Assembly (NCBI GenBank): GCA_002633005.1
Contig: NMRA01000302.1
Span: 41,433 to 79,051, forward strand
Reading direction: 5' to 3'
Length of the DNA stretch: 37,619 nucleotides
Source: Phoronis australis
Taxonomy: Eukaryota; Animalia; Phoronida
A program made the position numbers and the translations under genes. Shown in pieces: positions 37,171-37,619 of this stretch (position 1 is the stretch's first letter; each line of letters begins with the position of its first letter). Under the pieces are notes generated by a model that did no database searches, had not been told where the DNA came from, and saw nothing but the letters and a program-made list of their open reading frames with translations.

Positions 37171-37619
37171 GACAGTTCATGCCGTTATCACCGCCTGTTC
37201 CTACCATAAATGAGATCAGTTGGAGTGTTGAATTTCCCTCGAATGTCAACTTTACCTGCACATGTGCGAACTTAGTCGTACGGTCAATCAGACGGACTTG
37301 ACCTACATTGCGTACTGTGTCTTTCAAACTATTTGAAGACTCGTGATGGAACGTGGCAGGGTGCGCACACTGAAGAGAGCATTACTGACTTGTTTTGCGC
37401 CCTCTTGGTGCAATTTTAAGTTTATTAGCAATGCTCAACGCTTTAGGGCATACCCCCCCCCCCGCTGGCTGCCGCAAAAAATAAAACAGTAAGAGCGTAG
37501 GGAAATGTTGAGTTTATTAATTAACCCCAGTAATTAAAATTATACGGATGAAAAAAAGATTTAAATGTGTGCAGTTTTAGTGTCAAATTCGGAACACGGC
37601 GCATTCGTAACGGAACTAT

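Noticed and set aside
37256-37369. Exon-like segment CAHPATFHH...FAHVQ on the minus strand
   Set aside because: Phase 0-0 is incompatible with the phase-1 exon at 37050, and it has no Ig motif.

Overview
AT-rich, repeat-dense eukaryotic genomic DNA, probably from a marine invertebrate (inferred from the TE families; species not determinable). The right end (32385-37050, minus strand) holds 7-8 phase-compatible exons of an echinoid/sidestep/nephrin-like IgSF gene (Ig-Ig-Ig-FN3), with one apparent GC-AG intron. An isolated C-type lectin exon lies on the same strand at 14958-15117. Most of the rest is nested, decayed mobile DNA: a TIR-bounded THAP transposon with a split THAP domain; an L1/Tx1-like LINE cleanly interrupted by a non-autonomous Helentron (HINE); a Gypsy relic with a solo LTR inside its RT; a second tandem Helentron-like repeat; a Harbinger/ISL2EU transposase fragment; CR1/L2 3' ends; and a tRNA-Arg-derived SINE. 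The most striking structure is an 8.75-kb nested Helentron (23377-32130). A head-to-tail array of six family-B units sits inside a family-A element. It carries a 2.05-kb insert flanked by 13-bp direct repeats, which contains a phase-1 transmembrane exon of the kind the IgSF gene lacks on its own strand. All calls come from manual reading and translation; no database searches were run.
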